From positions 1-64,000 of the forward strand of contig CAWGRK010000014.1 in assembly GCA_963824995.1 (NCBI GenBank): a DNA stretch of 64,000 bases, given 5' to 3'. Positions within the stretch are counted from its first letter, which is position 1; every line of letters starts with the position of its first letter. The notes below the pieces were generated by a model. It made no database searches. It was not told where the DNA came from and saw nothing but the letters and a program-made list of their open reading frames with translations. Both the position numbers and the translations under genes were made by a program. Source of the DNA: an uncultured Actinomycetes bacterium. Lineage in GTDB: Bacteria > Actinomycetota > Acidimicrobiia > Spongiisociales > DATADW01. Positions 33,308-45,143 of the stretch are shown here, piece by piece.

Positions 33308-33900
33308 GTGTTGTTCCCCAAGGGGTTCTCGGGAGGGAATCTCGACCGGTTCGGTGACCGCGGCCTACCGGCGATGGGAAAGGGCGCGGGTGCTTGCCGG
33401 ACGGCGCTATCGAACCGCAGCCGGGAATCATCGAAGTGGAGTCGGTGGACTCGTGGAACCCGACGAGATCGATGACCGCGCTGCTCGCTCCGCCGGATAT
33501 GGATCGGCCGATGGATCTGGTGGCCGATCTGAGGGGTGATCCGGCACATCCTCTTCATCGGGTGCGGTTCCACAAGGTGGACGAGCCCGACCCACGCCTC
33601 TTGCTTGTCGCAGACCGCCGATCTGTCGCCGGAAGATGTCGATCTGAATCGATCAGCGACTCGCCCGGCTCGACCGGGCATCGCCCAACGGTCCGTGGAC
33701 CGCCGCAGCATTGAGGGCGATAGCCGGAGAGCCCGGCGGTGCGCGCCGGCGACCTGGCCGCCTCGCTGGGGGTCGAGCGGGACGTGTTCAAGCGGAATGT
33801 CCGCAAGCTGAAGGAACTCGGGCTGACCTGGAGCCTGGAACGCGGGATACCGGCTCTCGCCCCGGGGAGAGGCGTACATGGGAGCACGATCGGGAAGCGT
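33308..33900 (+). CDS. ASCH-like domain + winged HTH conserved actinobacterial protein, indels
   Basis: GSVTAAYRRW, PDPR, RAGDLA...FKRNVRKLKELGLT.SL.RGY; TATGGT 6 nt before GTG; end approximate. Confidence 0.7.
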
Positions 33901-33907
33901 GGTCGAC

Positions 33908-34927
33908 ATGAAGGTCGACGCCGCGCTGCCTCCCGGCTCACTGAGCCAGGTTGCCGAAAGGGCCCGGTGGGCGAGTCTGATCGGGTTCGACGGTGTGGTC
34001 ACGGTTGAGACCTCGCACGACCCCTTCCTGGCACTGGCGGTCGCCACCACCACGGCGCCGGATCTCGACCTCGAGACGGGGATCGCGGTCGCCTTCCCGC
34101 GGTCGCCCACCATCACCGCCCACATCGCATGGGACCTTGCCCAAGCAAGCGGAGGACGGTTCACCTGGGATTGGGGACTCAGGTTCGGGCCCACATCACC
34201 CGTCGCTTCGGCGGAACCTGGGAGCCTCCGGTGCCACGGATGAGGGAGTACATCCAGGCGGTCAGGGCGGTGTGGGCGGCATGGCAAGAGGGAGGCCCTC
34301 TCCGTTTCGACGGCGACCACTACCGGCTCTCTCTGATGACGCCTTTCTTCAACCCGGGGCCGATCGACCACCCGGACATCCCGGTGATCGTCGCCGCGGT
34401 CAACCCGGCGATGTGCCGGCTGGCGGGCGAGCTCTGTCAGGGGCTGGTGGTCCACCCCTTCCACACCATCGACTACCTCGATGGGGTGGTGGCGCCCGCG
34501 GTGGCCGAGGGAGCCGAGCGCACCGGGCGATCGGCCGAGGAGGTCGGACTCCATGCCGCCGTCATGGTGGTGACCGGACGCGACGGCGAGTGAGATGGAG
34601 CGGGCGGCCGCCCAGGCGCGCCAGCAGATCGCCTTCTACGCCTCTACTCCCTCCTACCGGCTGGTGGTGGAGCGTGCCGGTTGGGATGTCGGGCCGGCGC
34701 TGTCGAGCCTCGCCAGGCAGGGACGTTGGAAGGAGATGGGAGACCTGATCGACGACGAGATGCTCGACCAGGTTGCGGTCGTCGCCCCGATCGAGGAGGT
34801 CGGCGGGGCAATCCGCCATCGATACGGAGATCGACTGGCCCGGCTCAGCTTCTACGAACTGGGCGACGGGCTGCCGGCGAACGACGACGACTCCTGGGCA
34901 CGGCTCATTTCGGCGATCCGGGGGTGA
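33908..34927 (+). CDS. F420-dependent LLM class oxidoreductase (TIGR03617-like), indels
   Basis: ETSHDPFL, IAVAFPRSP, AWDL, LGLGTQVRAHITRRFG, LMTPFFNPGP, IAFYASTPSY. Confidence 0.9.
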
Positions 34928-35594
34928 TCGGACCGGGTCGGAAGGGGAGCGTCACCTCGGCCAGCAGCCCGCCGGCGAGATGCCCGACGTCGTTGTAGCC
35001 CAAGAGGCGCGGGCCGGGAAGCCTGATCGTGCTGATCGAGGCGTTGAGGATCGCCCCGAATGAGCCGCGGAAGATGTTGCCCTCCCAGGTGATACCTGCG
35101 GCCCACATCACCAACTGCAGCGCTGGACCTCCGTGAGTGGACACCACAACGACCTCACCCGGCGCCGCGCCGTCGGCGACCTCGGTCACAGCCTCCACAA
35201 CCCTGGCGCGGACGTCGGCCCACCGCTCCCCGCCGGGCCGGGGGACGTCCTCTCCCAACCGGTACTTGTCCCACATCTCCGGCCATAGCTGCTCGATCTC
35301 GGAGGCGAGCAAACCCGACCACTCGCCGTTCTCGATCTCGCGCAGCCCCTTGTAGGTCTCCACCGCCAGCTGGAGCATCTCGGCGAGAGGGTTGACCGTG
35401 TCACGCGCCCGCTGCAGGTCGCTCGACACGATCCGCGAGATGGGCACCTCGGTGAGGCGGTCGGCGATGGCGAGGGCCTGACGGCGTCCCAGATCGGAGA
35501 GCGGGACATCGGACTGCCCTATGAATCGTCGTTCCTTGTTGCCCTCGGCTTCCCCGTGCCGGACGAGGAGCAGGGTGACGTCGTGATCCACCAC
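34905..35594 (-). CDS. Histidine phosphatase (phosphoglycerate mutase-like) family protein
   Basis: LVRHGE, SSDLQRA, LREI..GEW, STHGG. Confidence 0.9.
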   Translation of the reverse strand: MVDHDVTLLLVRHGEAEGNKERRFIGQSDVPLSDLGRRQALAIADRLTEVPISRIVSSDLQRARDTVNPLAEMLQLAVETYKGLREIENGEWSGLLASEIEQLWPEMWDKYRLGEDVPRPGGERWADVRARVVEAVTEVADGAAPGEVVVVSTHGGPALQLVMWAAGITWEGNIFRGSFGAILNASISTIRLPGPRLLGYNDVGHLAGGLLAEVTLPFRPGPITPGSPK

Positions 35595-35679
35595 TCGTCG
35601 GATGGTACGCCGGGCGTCTGTCGCCTCCACCGTCCCGTCGTGGGAGAATCCAGGCGAGGAAAGGGAACCGATCTGTCTG

Positions 35680-37649
35680 TTGTCGACACCGCTGCGCCCG
35701 ACGCGATCGACTGCCGCCCGGGACTCACTTGGATAGGCATGCCTGGCAGGAGGCCCTCGACCTCTTCACCACTGGCGGACGAGCAAACCGAGCTCTCGGG
35801 GCTCGATCTGAAGAGGATGGCCGAGGCTGCCTGGTTCACCGGCCAGGTCGATCTCATGATCGAGTCTTTGAGCGGGCCTTCAAAGGCGTTCGTTTGCCGA
35901 GTGGAGCAACGCGCCCGAGCCGCCCGAAGACGTCGATCGATCTTGCCAGGCAGTACGCCTACAAGGGCCAAGGCTCGATCGCAGGTGCCTGGTTGCGGCG
36001 CGGTGAACGCTTGATCACCGGAGAGCCGGAGGGTCCCGCCCATGGCTATCTGTCGCTGAGCAAGTCCGGTATGGCTCGCAGTCGAGGGAAACGTTGAGGA
36101 GGCGGTCGGGCAGGCCGAGGAGGCGGTGAGGATCGGCACCGAAACCGGCGACATCGATCTGGAGGCGAGGCCCTCGTCGCGCTCGGAACGTTGAGGATCG
36201 CCGGCGGGCGCCGTTGTGGACGGCTTCCAGTTACTCGAGGAGGCCTCGGTCGCCGCAGTCAACGGTGAGCTGTCGCCCACTGGTGACCGGGATCACCTAC
36301 TGCAACATGATCTCCGCCTGCCGCGACCTGACCGACTACGTCCGCGCCGGGGAGTGGACTCAAGCCACCGAGAAGTGGTGTGAGAAGCAGTCGATCTCGG
36401 GATTCCCCGGGATCTGCCGGGTCCACCGCGCCGAGGTTGTTGCGATGTCCGGCGCGTGGGACCAAGGCGGAAGCAGAGTTGGAACGGGCCACCGCCGAGC
36501 TCGAGGCGTACAACGCCACCCCACCGCGCGCGGACGGGCTCTACTCGCTTGCGCGTCCTCCGCTTCCGGAGGGGGAATCTCGAAGCGGCGGAGGAGACAT
36601 TCCGCCAATCGCATGCCTTGGGCCACTCGACGCAGCCCCTCCTTGCGTTGATAAGGCTCGCCCAGGGAAATGTCCATACGGCCGAAGCTGGGATCAGGTC
36701 GGCGCTCCAGGAGGAGTCCTGGGACCAATGGACCAGGACGCGCATGCTCCCCGTCCAGGTCGAGATCGCCGTCGCCGCCGGCGAGCCTGGCGATCGCCCG
36801 CGAGGCCGCTGAGGAACTGGACGGGCTCGTAGAGACATTCGACACGGTGACGAGGCAGGGCGGAGCGGGAGCTTGCCTGGGGGAGGGTTCTCCTTGCCGA
36901 GGGTGACCCGGTCGGAGCCGCCGCCCGGCTGCGAGCCGCCATCGTGCTGTGGGGAAGGGTCATTGCGCCATACGAGACGGCCATTTCACGCCGGCTGCTG
37001 GCCAAGGCCCTGCGGGCGGTCCACGACGACGACCAGGCCGACCTGGAGCTCGACGCTGCGTTCAAGGATCTGGACACGCTCGGCGCCAAGCGGGACGCCG
37101 ATGCTGTTGCTGCTGAGATCGCGGCGGTGTCGGCGCGCCGGAGCGGACCCACCCAGACCCGGCGCACCTTTGTCTTCACCGACATCGTCGGCTCGACCAA
37201 ATTCGCCGAGCTGATGGGCGATCAGTCGTGGGACCAGTTGCTCCGCTGGCACGACGACACGCTGCGCGAGTTGTTCGTCGCCCACGGCGGTGAGGTGGTG
37301 AACTCGACGGGTGACGGGTTCTTCGTCGCCTTCGAGACGTCGGCCTCGGCCGTCGATGCCGCCGTCGCCGTCCAGAGGCGGCTCGCCGAGCACCGCAGCT
37401 CCACCGGCTTCGCGCCGATGGTGCGCATCGGCCTCCACGCCGCCGAAGCCAACCGCCACGGGTCGGACTACTCGGGGGTCGGAGTCCATGCCGCAGCCCG
37501 GGTGGCTGCGCTGGCACAGGGTGGAGAGATCCTGGCGACGATGGACACGCTCGATGGCCTCAGCGGATGTGACGACCTCGGCCCCGAAGGAAGCGGAGTT
37601 GAAGGGCATCGACGCACCGGTTCAGGTCGTCGCCGTCGATTGGGACTGA
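35680..37649 (+). CDS. TPR-like helical domain + class III adenylate/guanylate cyclase, indels; start approximate
   Basis: HAWQEA, GITYCNMISAC, GICRVHRAE helical region; FTDIVGST, TGDGFF, RIGLH, VHAAARV. Confidence 0.85.
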
Positions 37650-39262
37650 TCAGCTGACCACTGCGTTGGCGGTCGCCACCCGGGGGTCGGCGGCATGCGG
37701 TGCGGACACCTTCTCTGTCGACGGTGATGACCGACACCGGGCCCCACCCCGGCTGGCTCTCGTCGGCCACCTCGACTGTGTGGCCGCGTAGCCGCAGACC
37801 TTCCACCACGTCGGCTGGGGTCGATGGCTCGACCCCGAGCGAGGTGGCACCCCCAAAGCCGGCGGGTGCGATCTCCCAGCGCGGGGCGTCTTGCGCCTCG
37901 GCGGGCGACATGCCGCCCAACAGGAGGTGCGCTGCCATCTGGATCAGCAACTGCGGTTGATGGTGGCCACCCCTCGTCCCGAGGACCATGGCGAGATCCC
38001 CCTCGGAATCGGTCCAGAGGGTGGGCGACAACGTGTGGAGTGGCCGCATGCCGGGGGCCAAGTTCGTTGGGCGACCCGGGCCGGAGATCGAATCCGGCGC
38101 CCCGGTTGTGGAGGAAGAACCCCGCCTCGCCGGCGCCGATGCCCGAACCGATCCCCATGAAGTTGGACTGGATGAAGGAGACACCGGTGCCGTGACGGTC
38201 CACGACGCACAGGTAGGCCGTGCCCGACGGCACGTCCCGGCGTGGACGGCCAGTCGGCCATGAGTCGGAGGCGATCCCCGCCAGCCGATCGGCCAGCCGT
38301 GCGGGTCGAGCAGTTGGTTCCGGATCGACCGGGGCCGTCGCGGGTCTGCAACGAGGTCGTCGCGGTCCCACGCCGCCGCCCGGTACGCCTCGATCTGAGC
38401 GTGCCAGTAGCCGGGGTCGTCGAGGTCCCCCGAGGTGCCCAGCCTGCTCCAGCATCCAGAGACCAGCGAGGACGAGGTACCCCTGCGAGTTCGGGGGAAC
38501 CGTCCACCCGGTCAGCCCGAGCACCTCGAAGAGATATCGGGTCCACCCAGTCGGACCTGCTCGCCGCCACGTCTTCTTCGGTGACCAATCCGCGATGTGC
38601 CGCGGCTATGGCCGCGGCGGTCTTGCCTCGGTAGAAGCCGTCACGACCATCTTCCGCGATGGCGCGCAAGGTCTTCGCCAGCCCGGGTCGGTGGACGGCG
38701 ATCACCCGGAGCGGGAGCGGATCCCGTCCGGATAGAGCCCGTCCGCTGCAGGCTGGTCGCTCAGCCTCGATTCGAGACGGCGGAGCGAGGTCGCCAACTC
38801 GTCAGATGCCTCGAACCCGTCCTCGGCGAGCGCAACGGCCCGAGCGAGGAGGCCGTGGAGTGGAAGCGCTCCGAAGTGGTCATCGAGCGCGATCCCAACC
38901 GTCCACGCATCCCGGCACCGTTGCGGTCGCCGGGTGGTCCCACGGGATCTCGGCATGGCCCTCGCCCACGCATCGCTGCTGCGTCGACGCCCGACCCGGC
39001 TCGTCCCGATGCATTGAGTGTCGCCGGTACCCGGTCCCCGGGGCGGTGCACCAGGGCGAAGAGGTCGCCGCCGATGCCGCAGGCCTCTGGAGCGACCACT
39101 CCGAGGACGGCATCGGCAGCGATGGCGGCGTCGACCCCGTTGCCCCCAGCATCGAGCACTTTCGATCGCTGCTGCGGTCGCCAGGTAGTGGGGTGTCACC
39201 ACGGCGTCGCCCGTGCCCGGAAACGTGGAGTCGGCACTCCCTCCCGGGAGGGGTTTCGTCAC
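37650..39262 (-). CDS. ggt: Gamma-glutamyltransferase family protein, indels
   Basis: GGNGVDAAIA, GIGGDLF, PPNSQG, GTAYLCVVD (Thr nucleophile), SFIQSNF, HNRG, RPLHTLSP. Confidence 0.9.
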
Positions 39263-39850
39263 CGCCTGGCGGCCGATCCCGCCTCGGTGCGTGCCCCGTG
39301 CTTGAACCACCGGACCGGCTGACGCAGTTCGTGCTCGAGGACCCTGCGCCAGACCGACAGCGAGGAACACGTCGCCGAGCGATATGACCTGGCCGAAACC
39401 GAACAGCCTGAGGGGGATCACGTCAGCGAGGAAGGGCAGCGCCGTCGACGTGTCGAGCAGAACGTGCTTGGCGCTGGCGACGATGTCGGCGTCGGCGTTG
39501 GTGCCGCCGGCGACGTACGCGGCCTCGCTCATCACGGGCATCCCGCTGTTGGCGACGATCACCGTGAAGTTCATCAGTATGCCCAGGCCGATCAGCCACA
39601 TCCCCGGTGTCCCCCGGTTCAGTGCAACGAGGACCAGCAGTGGCACGTAGGAGCCGAGCACGAGGACAGCGTCACGCCCCGCGACCAGCCGGCGAGGTCG
39701 GGCACGACCTCGGCGGCGAGTTGCAGGGCGAACGCCATCGGTAGCAGCCACCATTGTCTGATCCGGACGTCGCTCAGGTTGCGGAATTTGCCGCCGCGCA
39801 TCAGCGCCACGAGCCATTCCGACGAGCAACACCGCCAGAACAAGGACCAT
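39259..39850 (-). CDS. DUF5317 family membrane protein, indels
   Basis: RGGKFRNL, NFTVIVANSGMPV, FLADVIP, ISLGDV. Confidence 0.85.
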
Positions 39851-39917
39851 TCGAGCACGGTACCAACCGGTGGAGGAGTGGCAAGTAGCGTGGTGACCCG
39901 TCGAACGAGAGCGCGGA

Positions 39918-40697
39918 ATGTTTCGCTATGAGGTGCGTGGACCGGCGGCCTGGCTGGTCATCGACGATCCCGACCGGCGCAATCCGCTGTCGCTCGCCGT
40001 GATGGAGAAGTTTCGGTGATGCGCTCGCCTCCGCTGGGGCCGATCTCTGCCGTGCGGGTTGTTGTCGTCACCGGTGCAGGCGACCGGGTCTTCTCGGCCG
40101 GAGGGGATCTCGCCGGGCGATTTCTTCGACAAGCCAATCGAGAGCGCACCACGCCCGCGCCGCTTTCGCCGAGGTGCTTCCGTCTCATGCGGCGCGTGGG
40201 GAAGCCGACCATCGCCCGGGTCAACGGTCATGCACTCGCCGGAGGCTTTGGACTGGCGGCGGCGTGCGACATCGTCGTTGCCTCCGACCGAGCGCGCAAA
40301 TTCGGCATGCCCGAGATCGACGTCGGGCTTGTGGCCGATGATGATCGGCGCCGTGCTGATGCGATGCATGCCGCGTCGAGCAGTACTCGAACTGATGATG
40401 ACCGGCCGACTGATCGACGCCGACGAGGCGAGAGTCGCTCGGAGCAGTCTCGAGGGTTGTCGCTCCCGATCGTCTCGACGAGGAAGTAGATGCTCTCGTC
40501 GAGCAACTCGCCGCCAAGAGCCCGGCGACGATCCGGTTGGGACGCGATGCCTTCTACGCGGTCGAGGATCTGAATTTCGACGATGCGCTCGACCATCTCC
40601 AGGACCGGCCTGACGTCTGTGGCCTCTGACCGAAGACGCCGCTGAGGGGGTACGGGCCTTCATCGAGAAGCGTCCGCCGGAGTGGTCGGGCCGCTGA
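39918..40697 (+). CDS. Enoyl-CoA hydratase/isomerase, indels
   Basis: RRNPLS, TGAGDRVFSAGGDL, KPTIARVNGHALAGG, FGMPE, AFIEKRPPEW. Confidence 0.9.
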
Positions 40698-40742
40698 GCC
40701 AATAGGTCTACGGTCCACAAGCTGATAACTTTCACTCAACCG

Positions 40743-41462
40743 ATGAAGAAGTGGATTCGTTTCGCCGGCTGGGGGTTGATGGCGGTCGGGCTCGTTGTGC
40801 TCGGCGTTTTGGCCTACCAGTACTGGTACACCGACCTTGCCGCAGCGCGGGGTCAGCAGGAAGGCGCCCGCCAACTTGCGATCCGTCTCGCCGAGGAAGA
40901 ACCAGTGGTGGTGGCCACTCCTTCGGGCAAGCCGGACGCCAACCCGCGTCCCAACAAGGTCGTCATCCCGCCCGCCGAGCTGTTCACCGAGGAGCCGCCC
41001 GAAGCGGGGACCGCCTTCGCCGAGCTCCGGATCCCATCGATCGAGGTCAAAGAGGTCGTGTTCGAGGGGGTAGACGTCCCCACTCTCCAACTCGGACCAG
41101 GGCACATGCCGTGGACGCCGCTGCCCGGTCAGCCAGGCAACGCAGTGATGAGCGGGCATCGCACCACATACGGCGCTCCCTTCAACCGGATCGACGAACT
41201 GGAAAAGGGCGACAAGATCGTCGTGATCAGCGCGGTGGGACGTCACGTGTACAGGGTGCGCGAGACGCTCGTCGTCAACCCGACCGACATCTGGGTGACC
41301 GATCCCCGCTCCGGTGGGTGGCTGACATTGACCACCTGTCACCCCGAGTTCTCTGCGCAACAGCGCTACATCGTCCACGCCGAGATGGTCGATGGACCAA
41401 ACATGCGGTACATCCGGGCCAACCCCGACCACCAGTTGGCCGCGGCGGCACAGTCGGGCTGA
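40743..41462 (+). CDS. Class E sortase
   Basis: N-terminal TM; LRIPSI, GPGH, GNAVMSGHRTTYGAPF, LTLTTCHP..SA.QR. Confidence 0.92.
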   Translation: MKKWIRFAGWGLMAVGLVVLGVLAYQYWYTDLAAARGQQEGARQLAIRLAEEEPVVVATPSGKPDANPRPNKVVIPPAELFTEEPPEAGTAFAELRIPSIEVKEVVFEGVDVPTLQLGPGHMPWTPLPGQPGNAVMSGHRTTYGAPFNRIDELEKGDKIVVISAVGRHVYRVRETLVVNPTDIWVTDPRSGGWLTLTTCHPEFSAQQRYIVHAEMVDGPNMRYIRANPDHQLAAAAQSG

Positions 41463-41479
41463 GTCCAGTCAGCTGAGCC

Positions 41480-42082
41480 TCAGCCGGCCAGTTCCTCCAC
41501 GAGTTCGAGCAGCTGTTCCTCGGGGACCCGGCTGGTGATCTGCTGGACCACTGTTCCGTCCGAGTCGATCGCCACCGTGATCGGTAGCCCGAATGTCTGA
41601 TAGGCGCTGGACACGTTCCCGGTCGCGTCGAAGCCGAGGGGAATGCTGACACCGACTTCCTCGGCGAACTGACGGGCCGCCGGCTCCTGGTCCTCCACGG
41701 CGACACCGAGAAAGGCGACCTCGGGGTGCTCTGCCGCCACCCGGTCGATTTCGGGAAGCTCTTCCCGACAGGGGATGCACCACGAGGCCCAGAGGTTGAG
41801 GATCAGCGGGCGTCCGTCATCGGCAAGGTGCTCGGAGAGGCTGAACTCGCCCCCATCGAGAAGGGGCACGGTGAACTCCGGGCGCCGGCGAGCCGGTCAG
41901 TCCGGCTAGCGCCGGTCGTAGATGACGGCTGTCCGCCATCACCGCCCATCACCGCCGCCACCGCCACGCCGATCACCACCACCGCAAGGGTGACGACGGT
42001 CAGCAGACCAAAACGCAGTGGGCAGCGGGGATCCTGCGGCGCCTCGTCGGCGGGCGGACCGGGTTCGTTCGGGGACAGTCAC
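41480..42082 (-). CDS. TlpA/ResA-like membrane-anchored thiol-disulfide oxidoreductase, indels
   Basis: NLWASWCIPCREE, GLPITV; upstream hydrophobic segment. Confidence 0.88.
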
Positions 42083-42206
42083 ATCGAGAGGGTATCGCCG
42101 TCGGTGCCGAACCCGGCGGAGAACCCCCGAAATGCACAACTGCGCTAGCGTGCGTAGGTTTCAATCGCGCCCGGCAGGGGGCCGGGCCGGAGACCGAGGA
42201 GGTCCC

Positions 42207-43369
42207 ATGCGGTTTAGACCACCCACCCCGTCGGGCATCGCCATTGGCGTAGCTCTTGTCGTCGTCCTCACTGCCGGAGCGGCCGCCGGCCAGGCGCTCA
42301 TCACTTCGGCGGACATCAAGGACAACACCATCCAAAGTGTCGATATCAAGGGCGGGACGGTCACCAGCGGTGACATCAAGGACGGGACCGTCACCAGCGG
42401 CGACATCAAGAATGAGACCATCAAGAGCGGTGACATTCTTAATTCGACCATCAACACCAACGACATCAAGAATGAGACCATCAAGAGCGGTGACATTCTG
42501 AATGGAACCGTCAACAGCGCTGATGTCGAAGGACAACAGCCTCACCGCAGGCGATCTTGCCGCCAACGCGGTCGGCACCAGCGAGCTCGCAGCCAACGCG
42601 GTCAACAGCGCCAAGATCGCCGATGGCAGCGTTACGGCGCCGATGTGGCGAACGTGGGACGCGTCGCCGATCGACGATCGGTAGGTGCCGCAGCCGTCGA
42701 TGCCTTGATTGCTGGCTTACGGCGGATTCGACGGCCCCAACTGGGGAATCGTCGACCGAAACGTGATCGGCAATGGCGACTGCGTATCTCCGAGCCGGGC
42801 CGATTGCTGGCCCGGTGGGAGAACTCGACGCATTTAATCCGCCCCTAGGGGTCGGCAGTCTGGGGATTCGCACTGGCAGCGGTGACGACAAAGCGGCCTT
42901 CGGAAACCAAGTCGACTTCATCGGCATGAATCTCCTTGAGATCACAGTCTTGAGCTACTGGGTCATGACAACGGTGGAGAACAACCAACTCGTGCCCAAC
43001 ATGCCGGATCTCCAATTTGAGATCGACCCCAATCTCGCCGGCGACCCCGACGAACACTTCACGACGTTGATCAACGAGCATGAGAACACACTTCCTGGTT
43101 GGACCGAGATCGACACCACCCAAGAGGGAGAGTGGTGGATAACGGGAACTTCGGGAACCATCACCGGGTGTGATCAGGCAGGTCCCTGCACGTGGGATGA
43201 GCTCTTGATTGCCTTGAACGATGGTGACGATGCTCCACCGATGATTCTCACCGTGCAGTTCAACAAGGGGCGCAACAACCCGTTCTCCGGTGCGGTCGAT
43301 GCTCTCACCATCAACGACACGACCTACGACTTCGAGCCGACGGGGGTGACGGAAACTCCCGCCGGGTGA
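42207..43369 (+). CDS. Secreted protein with decapeptide (xTxxDIKxxT) repeats and acidic beta-rich C-terminal domain, indels
   Basis: GAGGAGG RBS; signal peptide; about 11 decapeptide units; exact 39-bp duplication 42401-42439/42461-42499. Confidence 0.7.
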
Positions 43370-43386
43370 GGTCCTACAGCTAAGCC

Positions 43387-43425
43387 GGATGGGTGTCCCA
43401 CGGCGTCGCCCGGAGACATCCATCC
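43387..43425 (+). terminator. Hairpin after secreted repeat protein
   Basis: GGATGGGTGTC ... GACATCCATCC inverted repeat. Confidence 0.45.
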
Positions 43426-43495
43426 ACTGAACGTGTACTGAACCTGAGCCATCGCGCCCTCTGTCAGACTCGGTTGAGCCTCAACGGGGTGAAGG

Positions 43496-45140
43496 GTGAC
43501 AACGCTGCTGTCGCGGCAGAGGGCGAAGGTGGCGGCGGTGGCGGCCGTGTTCGGTCAACCACCGCTGCGACGCCTCGAGTTGGCTTTCTTCGGGTTCGGC
43601 TTGGCGGAGTGGGCCACGTGGGTGGCGATCCTGGTCTATGCGTACCAGGTGGGTGGTTCGGCGACGGTCGGGTTGGTGGCGGCCCTCCAGTTGCTCCCCG
43701 CCGCGGTGGCGGCACCTCTACTGGCGACAGCCGCCGATCGGTTGCCCCGGCACTTAGCTCTCGTGTTCGGTTACGCATCGCAGGCCGTCGCCGCCGCTCT
43801 GACGTGGTGGGCCATGGCGAGCGGGCAGGCTCCGCCGCTGGTGGTCGGGTTCGCTGCGCTGACCGCAATCCTGATCACCGCAACCCGGCCCGCCCACATC
43901 GCTCTCATTCCTGAGCTCAGCACCGGGCCCGATCAGACGATCGCGGCCAACGTGGTGTCGGCCATGGTGGAAGGCTTCGCCGCACTCGCGGGTCCGCTCA
44001 TCGCCGGTCTACTGCTCGAGGTCGGCGACCCGGCAATTGTCTTCTTGGCGATGGCGGTTGTGTTGGCGGTGTCGGCTGCGACCGTTGCCGGCGCGTCGGC
44101 ACGCCAGGCTCCGGCATTGGTCGTACGGGTCTCGCCGATCCGGACCCTCCTCGGAGGTGTCTCGATGGTGCTCTCCGAACGCCGCACACGTGTCATCGTC
44201 GGTCTCGGTGGGCTGCAGTCGATCGTGGACGGAGCGCTCGATGTGCTCCTCGTGGTTCTGGCCATCGAGCTGCTTGGTATCGGCGAGCCAGGAGTCGGCT
44301 ATCTCGGGGCAATCGTCGGGGTAGGGGCTCTGTTCGGCGCCATGGGAGCGGCCGGGCTCGTCGGTCGACCTCGTCTGGCGCCATCGCTGTTGGGCGGTGC
44401 GCTCGCCCGAGGATTGCCCATCACCTTGGTTGGGATCGTCCCGGCGACGGCGCCGTTGTTGGCGGTTTCGGGTGCGGGCGTCGGCTTGGGTGATGTCGCC
44501 GGTCGCACCCTCCTGCAACGGTTGGCGCCGCGGGAGGTCATGGCTCGCGTCTTTGGCGTGCTCGAGGGGATGGCAATGGCCGGGCTCGCCGTCGGCGCCG
44601 TCGTCGCCCCGATTCTCATCAACCTGGTCGGCGCGCAGGGCGCCTTCGTGGTGCTCGGATTGTTGCTCCCGGTCGCGGCGGTCGCCGGATGGCCGATGAT
44701 CCGCGCCGCCGACATCTCGGCCTACGTGCCAGAGGTGGAGGTCGGCATCCTGGAGCGGGTCGCCATGTTGCGGCTCCTCGACCCACCCGCCCTCGAGGCG
44801 CTGGCGCTGGGATCGCATGTCGAAGAGGTGGAACGGGGCCGCGTGGTGATTCGCCAAGGAGACGCCGGCGACCGTGTCTATGTGATCGATGCCGGTCGAT
44901 ACGACGTCATCGCCGATGGGACACCTGGTCAACACGCTCGAGAGCGGCGACATCTTCGGCGAGATCGCGCTGATCGCGGACGTGCCCCGAACGGCGACGG
45001 TGGCGGCTGTCGAGAATGGGCGGTTGCTCGCCATCGACAGGGCCACGTTTCTCGAGACCCTCGCCCAATGTCCGGGGACGCTCGCTACCTTCGAGGAGGT
45101 GGTTGGCCGCGTCTGGCGGGTCTGGAAGAGCTCGGATTGA
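43496..45140 (+). CDS. MFS transporter fused to C-terminal cyclic-nucleotide-binding domain, indel near 44920
   Basis: About 12 TM segments, ADRLPR motif, TLLQR; VIRQGDAGDRVYVI, FGEIALI.DVPRTATV. Confidence 0.9.
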
Positions 45141-45143
45141 GTC

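Noticed and set aside
34585..34600. In-frame TGA in the LLM gene as selenocysteine or read-through
   Set aside because: Downstream coding continues in a different frame, so it is a single-base insertion.
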